In this document: positions 1 through 9,737 of the stretch, one piece after another | Layout of the letters: each line of letters starts with the position of its first letter | Numbering within the stretch: position 1 is the stretch's first letter | NCBI GenBank assembly: GCA_963731325.1 | Contig: CAVSUL010000008.1 | Span: forward strand, 15,101-79,100 | DNA from: an uncultured Verrucomicrobiae bacterium | Lineage (GTDB): Bacteria; Verrucomicrobiota; Verrucomicrobiia; Chthoniobacterales; JAFAMB01 | Direction of reading: 5' to 3' | DNA length: 64,000 bases | Program-made: the position numbers and the translations under genes | The notes under the pieces: model-generated | Database searches by the model: none | Told to the model about the DNA's origin: nothing | Seen by the model: the letters and a program-made list of their open reading frames with translations, nothing else

Positions 1-2
1 TA

Positions 3-1604
3 TTACCGGCATCGGCCGCGGAAGTTCTGCGGAAAGCCTATATTTTCTTACGTGCGGTTGAGCATCGTCTTCAGATGATCAATGAGCAGCAGATCCACAC
101 GCTGCCGGCTGCTCCGGAGAGCCGGCGGCTGATTGCCGCTAGTCTCCACTTTTCCGATCTCGGCACGTTCGATCGCGCGGTGGCGGAACACACCGGCGAG
201 GTTCGCCGCGTTTTTGAAAATCTGCTGGCAACCCAGAGCAACACAAAATTAACCAACCGCGATTTGCAGTTCTTCGCGGACAAGGAGAATGCCGAAAAAA
301 GCCTGGACCGGTTGCGAGAGGGTCCGAGCAACGTGCATATAGCTCCGCGGACTCGTCGGCTTTACACCAAGCTCGAACCCGAACTCCTGAGTTGGTTGCG
401 ACGGTGTGCCGATGCTGACGCCGCACTGAATCGGTTTGTCCGCTTTGTCGATGCCTACGGAATTCGTGGCTTGCTGTTTGAGACGTTGCTGGCCAACCCC
501 CGGCTTCTCGAACTGCTGCTCCGACTCTTCGATGCAAGCGCGGTTTTTTCCGATACTGTCATTCGGCGCCCGCAATTGATTGAGGAAATTGCTCGTGACC
601 GAAATCTCAATGTGCGATTGAGAAAGGTCGACTTTGCGAAAGGTCTTCGGGAGCCAGTCGAGGATCTGGATTTAGCGAACTGGATGCGTTTTTTTCGACG
701 GGCTGAGGTGATCCGCATTCTCTTGCGCGATGTGCTCGGTTTCGCGTCGCTCGAAGAACTGCAGAGCGAGATGACCGAACTAGCCGAAGCGAGTCTCGAG
801 TTTGCTTTGGAGCAACTCAAAATCGCTGACCTGACGATTGTAGCTCTCGGCAAATTCGGCGGGAGCGAACTGATGTATGGTGCCGATCTCGATCTGGTTT
901 TCATCGGACAGGACCCGGCGCGAGCAGAGCAGTTGGTTTCGTTAATGAGCCGGAAAACGGCCGAAGGCCGGGTTTTTCCCATCGATCTGCGTCTCCGGCC
1001 GGAGGGTGAATCCGGTCCGCTGGTCGTCTCGGCGCCGAGTTATCAGCAGTATTTTGAAGGGCGCGCCCAGCTGTGGGAAATCCAGGCTCTCACCAAAGCG
1101 CGCGTGGTAACCGGGCCGGAAGAAGAACTCGTTGCTCAGTCTCTCAACGACTGTTGGAGACGCCATGCGCCGGACCCGGAGCTGAAGCGCGGGATTTACC
1201 GCATGTACCAACGAGTCGTGCAAGAGCGCTCGAAGTCCATGCCTGAACGAAATTTCAAGACCGGTTCGGGCGGCTTGATGGCGATTGAATTTATCACCCA
1301 ATATCTGCAAATGCGGGAAGGTAAGCGAGAGCCCGGGACCTTAACCGCGCTGGCAACTTTCGACTCAATCCTGCCTGACCAGGACCGGGAAAGTCTTGCC
1401 GCGGCGTACCGGTTCTTTCGGAAGATTGAATCGGCGCTGCGCCGGGTGGATAACACCTCGGTTTCGGTTCTTCCCGCTGCCGAGCATGATCAACAGGTGC
1501 TGGCTCACCGCGTTGGGTTTGCGAGTCGCGCAGATTTTTGGGAAGTGTACCAAACGCATCGAAAAAAGGTTGCGGCACTGACCGAACAGTATCTGGCGGG
1601 GTAA
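3..1604 (+). CDS. glnE: glutamine synthetase adenylyltransferase (GlnE), C-terminal portion; 5' end outside window
   Basis: The frame is open from the window edge (..AYIFLRAVEHRLQMINEQQ..) into ORF 75..1604. Nucleotidyltransferase motif GKFGGSELMYGADLDLVFI is present with GlnE-like flanking helical regions. Confidence 0.8.
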   Translation, partial: LPASAAEVLRKAYIFLRAVEHRLQMINEQQIHTLPAAPESRRLIAASLHFSDLGTFDRAVAEHTGEVRRVFENLLATQSNTKLTNRDLQFFADKENAEKSLDRLREGPSNVHIAPRTRRLYTKLEPELLSWLRRCADADAALNRFVRFVDAYGIRGLLFETLLANPRLLELLLRLFDASAVFSDTVIRRPQLIEEIARDRNLNVRLRKVDFAKGLREPVEDLDLANWMRFFRRAEVIRILLRDVLGFASLEELQSEMTELAEASLEFALEQLKIADLTIVALGKFGGSELMYGADLDLVFIGQDPARAEQLVSLMSRKTAEGRVFPIDLRLRPEGESGPLVVSAPSYQQYFEGRAQLWEIQALTKARVVTGPEEELVAQSLNDCWRRHAPDPELKRGIYRMYQRVVQERSKSMPERNFKTGSGGLMAIEFITQYLQMREGKREPGTLTALATFDSILPDQDRESLAAAYRFFRKIESALRRVDNTSVSVLPAAEHDQQVLAHRVGFASRADFWEVYQTHRKKVAALTEQYLAG

Positions 1605-1633
1605 TGGGGATGAGTCAGGGGTGGTCGATGATT

Positions 1634-1688
1634 CGTAGGATAAGCTTCCAGCTTGTCGGCTTTTTAAACCGGCAAGATGCCGGCGCTG
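1634..1688. repeat. dispersed repeat family B (gtaggataagcttccagcttgtc..aaccggcaagatgcc)
   Basis: Near-identical copies at 14751-14797, 15031-15077 (inverted) and 49608-49659 (inverted). It produces spurious '..ISFQLV.FLNRQDA..' ORFs. Confidence 0.85.
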
Positions 1689-1742
1689 TTTGGATCGTGA
1701 TCATGGCACCGCGAATTCCTGAACTCCTGCAACTCCTCCCCG

Positions 1743-4544
1743 ATGCCCCGGCTCCACCTCTATAGCCATGCCGCTGACGCCTGGGAGAGCGGTCTGGGCG
1801 AATGGCTCCGCCGGCGGTCCCTGGCTGCTTGCGCCGGCGGTCAGACCTGGTTTGTTACCAATTCCTTTTCGCAGTCAGCGTGGATCAGGGAAAAAGCGCT
1901 TCAATCCGGCTTGGCCCTCTTCGGTATTCAGTTCATGAGCTGCCGCGGTCTTCGGCAGCGGCTCTGCCGCCTGGCCAGGTTGCCGAGCCCGGTTTTCGGG
2001 AGGGAAACGCTTCGACTTCTCGTCGACGCAGCGCTGACTTCCGGCCAGACGCAAAATCTTTCTCGACGCGGAAATGCGCTTCTGGAAGCGCTGGATGATC
2101 TCGCCGCTTCCGGTTGGTTGGACGAATTTGGTGCCCAAGCCGCCTTCCACCTGCTCGGCCTGCCCAGTTCGCCGTTGCTTACTCGACTGGTAGAGTCAGA
2201 TCTTTGGCGGCCGCGTACCGACCGGAAATTGAAGCGCCTGTCGAGGTCCAAAAGAAGCGAAGCGATTGGATTCTATGGGTTCGATGCGATCGCCCGGCAC
2301 GAAACGGAACTACTGCTCGCGGCGCTCCGCGGAGTAAGCGACGGTCGGATTTGGGTCCATCAACCGTTGTCAGCGGAATCGCCTAATTTTGACTGGATCG
2401 AACTGCTGGAAAATCAGCTCGGTGTGGAACCGGAAATCTGTCCAGCCGGTTCGACAGCACGTCCGTTCGAATCTTTCGTCGAAGCGTGGAATGGGGCGGC
2501 TCCTCAAGACATCGCAACTCCAAGGCTTCTTCGCTCGGCAACCTGGTCTGATCAGATTACTGCGATTGTCGAATATGTTGCCGGAATCCTCGCCAAAGGC
2601 GTGAGTAAGATAGTCATAGCGGTTCCGGAGAACTCGCTGACAGGTCCCGCCATTATCCGTGAACTGGTTTCCCGGGATATCGCCGTGACTGACGATGTCC
2701 GTGAACCGGTGCAGCCGTCCGCCCAAGGGGAGTTAACCGGGCTGGTTACTCGATTCCTGACCGAAGAACGCACCATCGAAGTTTTCCTCGCCATCCTTCG
2801 CCGTTGTCTGCGGAACCCAAATCTTTTTGGGCGGATCCGTGATGCAATTTTCCTTGGATTTGAAACCCATCAAACCCGCGAAATCAAGTTCCTGGTTAGC
2901 TTGCCTGGGCTGCCAGAATATGTCCCCCAACTTTTCGAAGCGCTTCCAGCGGCGCCGGAAGCCGGTTCGTGGGATGAACTGGTCCAACTTTGGCAACGGG
3001 TCCGCCGGGAACTAACCACCTTCCTCTCGCGCTGGCCTGAGGAAATGGGGCAGTACAACCTGGTCGATGTGCAATCCGCGGTTCCTTGGGACGAGGTGGG
3101 CTCTCTCTTGCAGGGAGGAACAATACCGGCATCCTTGTTTTTCCAATTTGTTCGCGACTTGTTGTCAACACCGCCGGTTTCGCAAACCGGAACTGTGTCA
3201 CGCTACGCCAACGTGGTAGTGACTACCGGCAGCCGGCATTTCGGCTGTACCTGCGATTATCTCGTCCTGGCTGATTCACACGCCGACTGTTGGCCAGCCG
3301 TTCCGCTCGAAAATCCGATTCTGCGTGATGCTGCCAAGAAGGCTTTGAAAAACCGGCTCATACTCACGACGAACGAAGAACGCCGGCTGTACGAGGAGCG
3401 CGTCTTGCACCTGATCTACCACGCCCGGCAAGAAGTCCTTCTTAGCTGGTACCAATCCAATGAGAAAGGAGAAAAACTTGTTCCAAGCAATTGGGTCACC
3501 TTTTGTGACCTGACTCTAAAACCGGAGCTGTTATGCTTCGCCCCAAAACCGCCCGCGCCTTTAGTTCCGGCGCCTTCCATCCAGCGTTTGAGAAAGATCC
3601 ATCTCAGCCGGATCGATCCTGACCAGCCGTTCGACGACTATTTCCTGAATTTTGAGACTGCACTGTTGCCGAAACGAGCGTGGAAGCCTACCGACTTGCA
3701 GCTGGTGCGCGAAACTCCCGGCACATTCGCTTTCAAAAGTGTTTTCCGATGTGAAATGCAGCGTGACCAAGCCTTTGCTCGCAATCAAAAATTTGCCTTG
3801 GGTACGCTTGTTCACCGCCTTCTGGAAAAGGCCTTTGACAGTCCTCAAGAGTTTGTCCGACTCGCTGACGCGCTTTCTCTTTCGTCTGTCAGCCGCGAGG
3901 ACGCGGCAATAGAGTTAAAAAAAAGGATCCAATCGGCTGCGGTCGCGATATCCGAAGAACAGTCGCTCAGCGGGAGTCGCCTCTGGTGGAGATCGGTTCT
4001 CCACAAGGCTGTTTGGATCGCGGAACAGATTGTGCAGAATCTCTCGGCCGATCCCGAACGATGGGTTAGGTCCGAATATCAAATGACTTCGGTGGACGCG
4101 CCCGGCAAACTGTATTTGCGTGGACGAGCTGATTTGCTGATCAGTGACCGGCCGGCTCTGTCCAACTCGGTCGTAACGGTCATCGATTTCAAGTCGTCAA
4201 TGTTGGAGAGTACGTTCAGCGTGCTGAACCGAAGTCTGCTGCAGTTTTGCGGTTATGCGAGTCTGGTGAACTCGCTGGGCGCAGCCGGGAGCAAGCTGGA
4301 ACTTGTGACCCCAATCGAGGCGAAAACAATCCCCGACTTCAAGATCGCGGAAGTCCAGGACGTCTATGACGAGCTTGTTCGCATCCAGGAGACCCTCTGC
4401 TTTGGGCGGCGAGGCAATGCTCTCAATCGATTTGAACGTCCCGAGCATTTGCCGATCGCAACCCTGCCATTGGACAGACGCCTGCTCGCACAGAAGCGGG
4501 AAAGGTGGCGCAGACTTCCACGAGATACTGGAAAGCAGCGATGA
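1743..4544 (+). CDS. AddB-like PD-(D/E)XK nuclease subunit of a helicase-nuclease complex
   Basis: 933-aa ORF with a C-terminal RecB-type nuclease signature (..GRADLLISD..VTVIDFKSS..). No Walker A was seen. Its TGA overlaps the ATG of the downstream UvrD-type helicase (ATGA at 4541-4544). Confidence 0.6.
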   Translation: MPRLHLYSHAADAWESGLGEWLRRRSLAACAGGQTWFVTNSFSQSAWIREKALQSGLALFGIQFMSCRGLRQRLCRLARLPSPVFGRETLRLLVDAALTSGQTQNLSRRGNALLEALDDLAASGWLDEFGAQAAFHLLGLPSSPLLTRLVESDLWRPRTDRKLKRLSRSKRSEAIGFYGFDAIARHETELLLAALRGVSDGRIWVHQPLSAESPNFDWIELLENQLGVEPEICPAGSTARPFESFVEAWNGAAPQDIATPRLLRSATWSDQITAIVEYVAGILAKGVSKIVIAVPENSLTGPAIIRELVSRDIAVTDDVREPVQPSAQGELTGLVTRFLTEERTIEVFLAILRRCLRNPNLFGRIRDAIFLGFETHQTREIKFLVSLPGLPEYVPQLFEALPAAPEAGSWDELVQLWQRVRRELTTFLSRWPEEMGQYNLVDVQSAVPWDEVGSLLQGGTIPASLFFQFVRDLLSTPPVSQTGTVSRYANVVVTTGSRHFGCTCDYLVLADSHADCWPAVPLENPILRDAAKKALKNRLILTTNEERRLYEERVLHLIYHARQEVLLSWYQSNEKGEKLVPSNWVTFCDLTLKPELLCFAPKPPAPLVPAPSIQRLRKIHLSRIDPDQPFDDYFLNFETALLPKRAWKPTDLQLVRETPGTFAFKSVFRCEMQRDQAFARNQKFALGTLVHRLLEKAFDSPQEFVRLADALSLSSVSREDAAIELKKRIQSAAVAISEEQSLSGSRLWWRSVLHKAVWIAEQIVQNLSADPERWVRSEYQMTSVDAPGKLYLRGRADLLISDRPALSNSVVTVIDFKSSMLESTFSVLNRSLLQFCGYASLVNSLGAAGSKLELVTPIEAKTIPDFKIAEVQDVYDELVRIQETLCFGRRGNALNRFERPEHLPIATLPLDRRLLAQKRERWRRLPRDTGKQR

Positions 4545-7528
4545 TGGGCGACGCCATCAGCGAAACGTCCCCGGCACAGCAGTCTGATGAGGCCGGCCGT
4601 ACCCGGTTTGTCACGGAGCTTGACCAGAATTTCTCGGTTGTGGCCTGTGCGGGCGCTGGCAAAACGACGGCCGTGGTTGAGCGCATTGTGAACATCGCTC
4701 GAAGATACCCCGATCGATTAGCTCGCCTCGTTGTCGTCACCTACACCAATAGCGCCGCCAGCGAGTTCAAACGTCGGGTTTTTGGCCGCCTTCTTCAGGA
4801 TCGGCACCCGGGCGATAAGCAAGTGTTTGCCGGGCTCGCGCAGGCTTTTTTTGGAACGATCCACAGCTTCTGTGTCCGGCTGGAGCGGCAGTACCAGAAT
4901 GAGTTGGGACTCCCGCCAGTACTGTCTGTAGTCACAGAGCGCGCAGATGACGCCCTCTGGGCGGAGTTTTGCCAACAGGAAGAGTCGCGCTGGGAAAGAA
5001 ACGATCCGCTCCTCGGTCAGCTGCTGCGATTTTGCACCTGGCAGGAGATTCTCGATTTGGCGCGAACGTTCGATCCAGAGAATGCGACGCCCCGGCCTTC
5101 GCACGAAACGCCCCCGTTGCCGGATCTGTCGCTGCTCGAGCGCTGCGTTGTTCCTGGCCAGTCAAAAGCAAACCGTCGCGCCACGATCGAACGTGCCCAG
5201 CGCACGGTCCTGGCCTTGAACACGATGCGCGAGTTTGTTCCCTTGCCGAGGGCCGCCGGGACGAGCAGGCCCTTGATTGAGGCCTTCAAAGCGGCCATGG
5301 GTCCGCTTTACGCCTGGGTCGAAGAGGTTTCTGCCTATGTCGTAGGGTTGCTGGCGGCCCGCTATCGTCAGCAATGTCGAGCGCAGGGATTGTTAACTTT
5401 TGCGGACCAGGTAAACCTGGCAGGCGAACTACTTCACAAACCTGGGCTGCTTGATGAGATTCGTGGAGAGGAATTCTCCGTACTGTTAGATGAGGCCCAG
5501 GATACGGCCGGAAAGCTGTTTCAGATCCTGGTGGAAATTACTCGCCCCGCCGGCGCGCCTTACGGTTCCTGGCCGGGCGCCAGGGAGCCGCCTCAACCGG
5601 GGCGGTTCAGTATTGTTGGTGATCCGCGGCAAGCTATTTATGAACACTCTGGAGTCGATCAATACACCGCGATTAACGACGCTTTTCGTTCAGGGCTAGG
5701 TGGTGAACTGGTCGAACTCGCCGTTACCCAGCGCTGCGCCCGGGAGATCGTCAAGGGAATCAATGAGATCTTCCGCTCGGCTGAGGGTCAAAGTTTTCCG
5801 GACCTGGTGCCGGCGCGGGCGGCCTTGGAAGGGCACGCGATTCTTTTACCATTGAAAACGCCGTCGGACGACTCACTGAAAAATGTCGCCGGGCGATTTG
5901 AGGATGAGGTAAATCAAGTCGTTCACTGGCTGAAGGAAACCGGCAAAGATCGACTGGGGATCGGCTCCTGGAGTCAGGTAGCCATGCTCGCACCGCATCA
6001 CGCCTGGTTGAATGTATGTGTGCAAGTTCTGCGGCGCGCGGGCCTGGAGTACACCTATTACAACCAACAGATAAGCTGGAGTACGAGGCCCGCGTTTACC
6101 TGGCCGATTGCACTGCTCTATACCGCGCTCTACCCGTGGGATCGTTTCGAACGGTTAGGCGTGCTCCGGGAGATTTTCGGGATATCCGATGTCGAACTCG
6201 CGCTGCGCGTGGAAGGTCGCGCGGTTCAATCCGCCGAATTCGTCGAGGCTTCCGAAGTTCTGAGCCGCTTGGCAACCAGGGTAAACGAACGAAGCGGTTG
6301 GAGCCTCGCCGGACTCTTGCAAGAGGTGATCCGGGCAACCGAACTGCGCCAGCGATTGCTCGCGGTCGATGAGCCGCCCGCTGATCTCAGTTTCCTTCGG
6401 CAGCGCGCGTTGGAAGCCGATCAGCGACGGCTAGATCTGCCGGAGTTTCTGGACGAGTTAATTAAGGAGTTGGACGAGGACACGCGTTCTCCTGAGTCAA
6501 CCGAAGGAAAGATTCAACTCATTACCTGCCAATCCGCGAAGGGTCTTGAATGGGATATCGTCATTCCAGTCGGATTAGCCAGGCCAATTCAGACTAGCCC
6601 TCTGGAGTACCCCCGGCTTGTGAATGTTGACGGGGGCGTGCGCCTTATCTGGAGTTCAGGAAGCCCCCATGCGACGAACTCCCTTGATCCGGATACACCT
6701 CTTCAAAGGAAACAGCGCATCCTCTACGTCACCTTGACTCGGGCGCGTCATCTCTTGGCGCTGCCTTTTGCCGCCGAACACTACAGCCGGTCAGACGAAT
6801 CCTTCCTTCATGTCGTCGGAACGCAACTGGATGCCATTCTCCAAGGTCCGCCAGAACAGTTTTCGCCGGCCAGGATCCGTGAACAAGGAGTCGAACGCGT
6901 TCCCGAGCCGCTTCCGGAAGCCGATTTCTCAGCGGCGGTCACGACCTCTTTGCTCATCCCGAACGTCACCCGTCCCCACACATTGGTGGATGATCAGGAG
7001 ATTGATGACAGTGGATTCGAAGACGGTCCATCAGCATACCTCTATGGTCGCTGGTGGCACGCCTGGGCGGAGGGTTATCCCTGGCAATCGACCGCCCAGG
7101 CTCGCCTCGAATGGGTCAAGGCGGTTTCGGACATTTTCGCCTGGCGATCTCGCCGGGAAGCCGAAGCGTTCCATGCCGGTCCTGCGGTACAGGAGATTCT
7201 CCAAGCCGGAAAATGGTTTCAAGTCGAGACGCCTTTTTCCTGGCCGCGGACGGCTGCAGAGTGGGTCGAGGGAGTGATTGACCTGGTCATTGGCGTCAAT
7301 GCACAGGACGTCTGGATCGTGGACTGGAAAACGAATCAGCCCGCGGCCGGCGAATCGACCCCGGACTTTGAGCGACGTTTGCGAACAACCTACCTTCCGC
7401 AGTTACTCGCTTACCAATCGGTTCTGGAAAAGGGTTTGGCGAAAAGAGTCACCCGCGTCGAGGTATATTCGACCGTCCTCGCAAGGTTTGTGGGCATCGG
7501 CACTGGCACCGGCACTCGCACTGGCTAA
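4541..7528 (+). CDS. AddA-like UvrD/Rep-family helicase with C-terminal RecB-type nuclease domain
   Basis: SF1 helicase motifs are present: VVACAGAGKTT (Walker A), LLDEAQDT, GDPRQAIY, CQSAKGLEWD and YVTLTRAR. The C-terminal nuclease motif is GVIDLVI..WIVDWKTN. The start is set at ATG 4541 (ATGA overlap); 4505 is an alternative in-frame start. Confidence 0.75.
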   Translation: MMGDAISETSPAQQSDEAGRTRFVTELDQNFSVVACAGAGKTTAVVERIVNIARRYPDRLARLVVVTYTNSAASEFKRRVFGRLLQDRHPGDKQVFAGLAQAFFGTIHSFCVRLERQYQNELGLPPVLSVVTERADDALWAEFCQQEESRWERNDPLLGQLLRFCTWQEILDLARTFDPENATPRPSHETPPLPDLSLLERCVVPGQSKANRRATIERAQRTVLALNTMREFVPLPRAAGTSRPLIEAFKAAMGPLYAWVEEVSAYVVGLLAARYRQQCRAQGLLTFADQVNLAGELLHKPGLLDEIRGEEFSVLLDEAQDTAGKLFQILVEITRPAGAPYGSWPGAREPPQPGRFSIVGDPRQAIYEHSGVDQYTAINDAFRSGLGGELVELAVTQRCAREIVKGINEIFRSAEGQSFPDLVPARAALEGHAILLPLKTPSDDSLKNVAGRFEDEVNQVVHWLKETGKDRLGIGSWSQVAMLAPHHAWLNVCVQVLRRAGLEYTYYNQQISWSTRPAFTWPIALLYTALYPWDRFERLGVLREIFGISDVELALRVEGRAVQSAEFVEASEVLSRLATRVNERSGWSLAGLLQEVIRATELRQRLLAVDEPPADLSFLRQRALEADQRRLDLPEFLDELIKELDEDTRSPESTEGKIQLITCQSAKGLEWDIVIPVGLARPIQTSPLEYPRLVNVDGGVRLIWSSGSPHATNSLDPDTPLQRKQRILYVTLTRARHLLALPFAAEHYSRSDESFLHVVGTQLDAILQGPPEQFSPARIREQGVERVPEPLPEADFSAAVTTSLLIPNVTRPHTLVDDQEIDDSGFEDGPSAYLYGRWWHAWAEGYPWQSTAQARLEWVKAVSDIFAWRSRREAEAFHAGPAVQEILQAGKWFQVETPFSWPRTAAEWVEGVIDLVIGVNAQDVWIVDWKTNQPAAGESTPDFERRLRTTYLPQLLAYQSVLEKGLAKRVTRVEVYSTVLARFVGIGTGTGTRTG
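7493..7525. repeat. hexamer tandem array (GGCAYC/GGCACT) forming the last codons of the AddA-like ORF
   Basis: Sequence ggcatc ggcact ggcacc ggcact cgcact ggc, translated as ..GIGTGTGTRTG*. The same hexamer family occurs at 17996-18027, 18087-18105, 42384-42409 and 48958-49008. Confidence 0.8.
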
Positions 7529-7733
7529 GCTAGGGGAGGCGGCTTCAATAAAGGATCTACGCACCCCAATCCAGTCCTTTTCAGATACCCCCAGTCGAGG
7601 CGCAGACCGTCGCCTTCCGTGATTCTATTTCCGGCTCATCCCTCCCGCCGGAGATCATTTATGTCGTGTTACGACATATATTTGAAAGTAACCACCGGAA
7701 GGCATATCTTTTAGACGGAAGGAGGTGAACGGT

Positions 7734-9737
7734 ATGGGGGTAGAAACCTTGGACCCCGTTGCCTCGCATGAGCATGCAAGGCAGCGGGAGCATACGACCC
7801 GGACGTCGTTGGAATCTACCATTCAGCGGGCCCAAGCTCACTTACTAAATCTCCAGCATCCAGAAGGCTTTTGGCTGGGCGAATTGGAGGCTAACTCGAC
7901 TTTGTGCTCCGACTACCTGGCCTTCATGCATTGGTCTGGAGAGATCGACCCGGATCTACAAAATAAGTGTGTAACACATTTGCTGGCCAGGCAACTTGCA
8001 GATGGGGGCTGGAGCAACTATCGGAGCGGCCCCGCGAGACTCGATCCCTCCGTGAAGGCGTATTTCGCGCTCAAACTTGCTGGCGCGGAGAGTGGCGATC
8101 CACTGATGCGTCGAGCGGCAAACCTCATCCGCAACTTCGGTGGCATTGAAAAGACACGCTACTATACCCGATTTTACTTAGCGCTCTTGGGCCAAATCCT
8201 TTGGAAGGATTTACCGACGATACCGGTTGAGCTCGTGTTAGCGCCGCGCTGGTTTCCAATCAACCTTTATTCACTATCGGCCTGGACGCGAGCGATGTTG
8301 GTCCCAATGGCGATCGTGCATCACTTTGAACCGACTCGGAACATTCCTTTCGAACGTGGAATTTCCGAGCTTTTTGTCACGCCAAGTAGAAAGATAAGGT
8401 CTTGGAGGGATCGATTGTTCTCGAGCAGTGGAACGCTGCTCAAATGGCTGGAGCGCTGCCGGATCTTGCCGTCACGAGAAGCTGCTCTCGGTGCGGCGGA
8501 ACGCTGGATCCTCGATCGCACAGGCGAACACTGCAACGGTCTGGGCGCAATCTTCCCCTCAATGCTGCAATCGTTGGTTGCGTTGCGGTGCTTGGGAAAC
8601 GGGTCCGGAAGTCCAATCTATCAAACGGCCCGGGCGGCACTTCGAAAACTGTTCCTTGATGATGATTCTCGTGGGTTTCGTATTCAGCCATGTCTTTCGC
8701 CAGTTTGGGACACTGCTTTAAGCATTATCTCGTTAACAGAATCTGGCGTGCCGCCCGGGGACACGAGGGTTCACAAGGCCGCAAAGTGGCTTTCCGAACG
8801 CAGAATAACGACCAAAGGAGATTGGGCTGTCCACGTTCCGAAAGCAGAACCCTCCGGATGGAGTTTTGAATTCGCCAATCCGTTTTACCCGGATGTTGAC
8901 GACACCGCGATGGTGATGCTCGCGCTCAATGCGGCCAATTTCGGGTTCAGCTCGATCGGGCGGACGAGTCTGGAGTGGCTCTTGAGTTTTCAATGCAACG
9001 ACGGGGGCTGGGCTTCGTTCGACCGAAATGTGCAAAACCCCCTGCTGCGTTATCTTCCTTTCGCGGATCATAAAGCAATCCTTGATCCTAGCTGTGCGGA
9101 TATCACGGGCCGCGTCTTCGAGGTTTGCGGGCAGTTCCGACTAGACATCAGCCATCCACGAATTCGTAGAGGAATCGACTTTCTTAGATCGAGGCAGGAA
9201 AAAGATGGATCTTGGTACGGCCGTTGGGGGGTGAACTACCTGTACGGGACAGTCCATGCGCTGAGAGGTCTTCAGGCGATCGGAGCTGATATGGATGAAG
9301 ACTGGATTCGACACGGCAGGCAATGGTTGGAGGCGCACCAAAACGATGATGGCGGTTGGGGTGAAAGTTGTGCTTCGTACATCGATCCTGGAGAAAAAGG
9401 ACGAGGGGGAAGCACCGCGTCGCAGACCGCGTGGGCTTTGATGGGACTTTGCGCTTTCCCGGAGCTTGATCGTCCGAGCATCGGGCGTGGGATTACCTAC
9501 TTGGTGAGTAATCAAGGGTCAGACGGTTCCTGGGACGAGAACCCGCCGACCGGCACGGGCTTCCCGGGAGTACTTTACCTGCGGTATGACTACTACCGAA
9601 AGTACTGGCCGTTGCGTGCCTTAGCGATCTATGCATCGCGCCTAAAGCGGCTCCAGAACGACCTGGGTCAAAGCCAAGGTGCCACGGGGCATCTCGCTCC
9701 GAAGAGCGCGGGCACCCGAACTTGGAGGTGCAGATGA
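7734..9737 (+). CDS. shc: squalene-hopene cyclase
   Basis: DxDD catalytic motif (FYPDVDDTAMV) and several QW-type repeats (QLADGGWSNY, QCNDGGWASF, QEKDGSWYGRWG, QNDDGGWGES, QGSDGSWDE). GGAGG lies 9 nt upstream of ATG 7734; GTG 7725 is an alternative start. Confidence 0.9.
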   Translation: MGVETLDPVASHEHARQREHTTRTSLESTIQRAQAHLLNLQHPEGFWLGELEANSTLCSDYLAFMHWSGEIDPDLQNKCVTHLLARQLADGGWSNYRSGPARLDPSVKAYFALKLAGAESGDPLMRRAANLIRNFGGIEKTRYYTRFYLALLGQILWKDLPTIPVELVLAPRWFPINLYSLSAWTRAMLVPMAIVHHFEPTRNIPFERGISELFVTPSRKIRSWRDRLFSSSGTLLKWLERCRILPSREAALGAAERWILDRTGEHCNGLGAIFPSMLQSLVALRCLGNGSGSPIYQTARAALRKLFLDDDSRGFRIQPCLSPVWDTALSIISLTESGVPPGDTRVHKAAKWLSERRITTKGDWAVHVPKAEPSGWSFEFANPFYPDVDDTAMVMLALNAANFGFSSIGRTSLEWLLSFQCNDGGWASFDRNVQNPLLRYLPFADHKAILDPSCADITGRVFEVCGQFRLDISHPRIRRGIDFLRSRQEKDGSWYGRWGVNYLYGTVHALRGLQAIGADMDEDWIRHGRQWLEAHQNDDGGWGESCASYIDPGEKGRGGSTASQTAWALMGLCAFPELDRPSIGRGITYLVSNQGSDGSWDENPPTGTGFPGVLYLRYDYYRKYWPLRALAIYASRLKRLQNDLGQSQGATGHLAPKSAGTRTWRCR

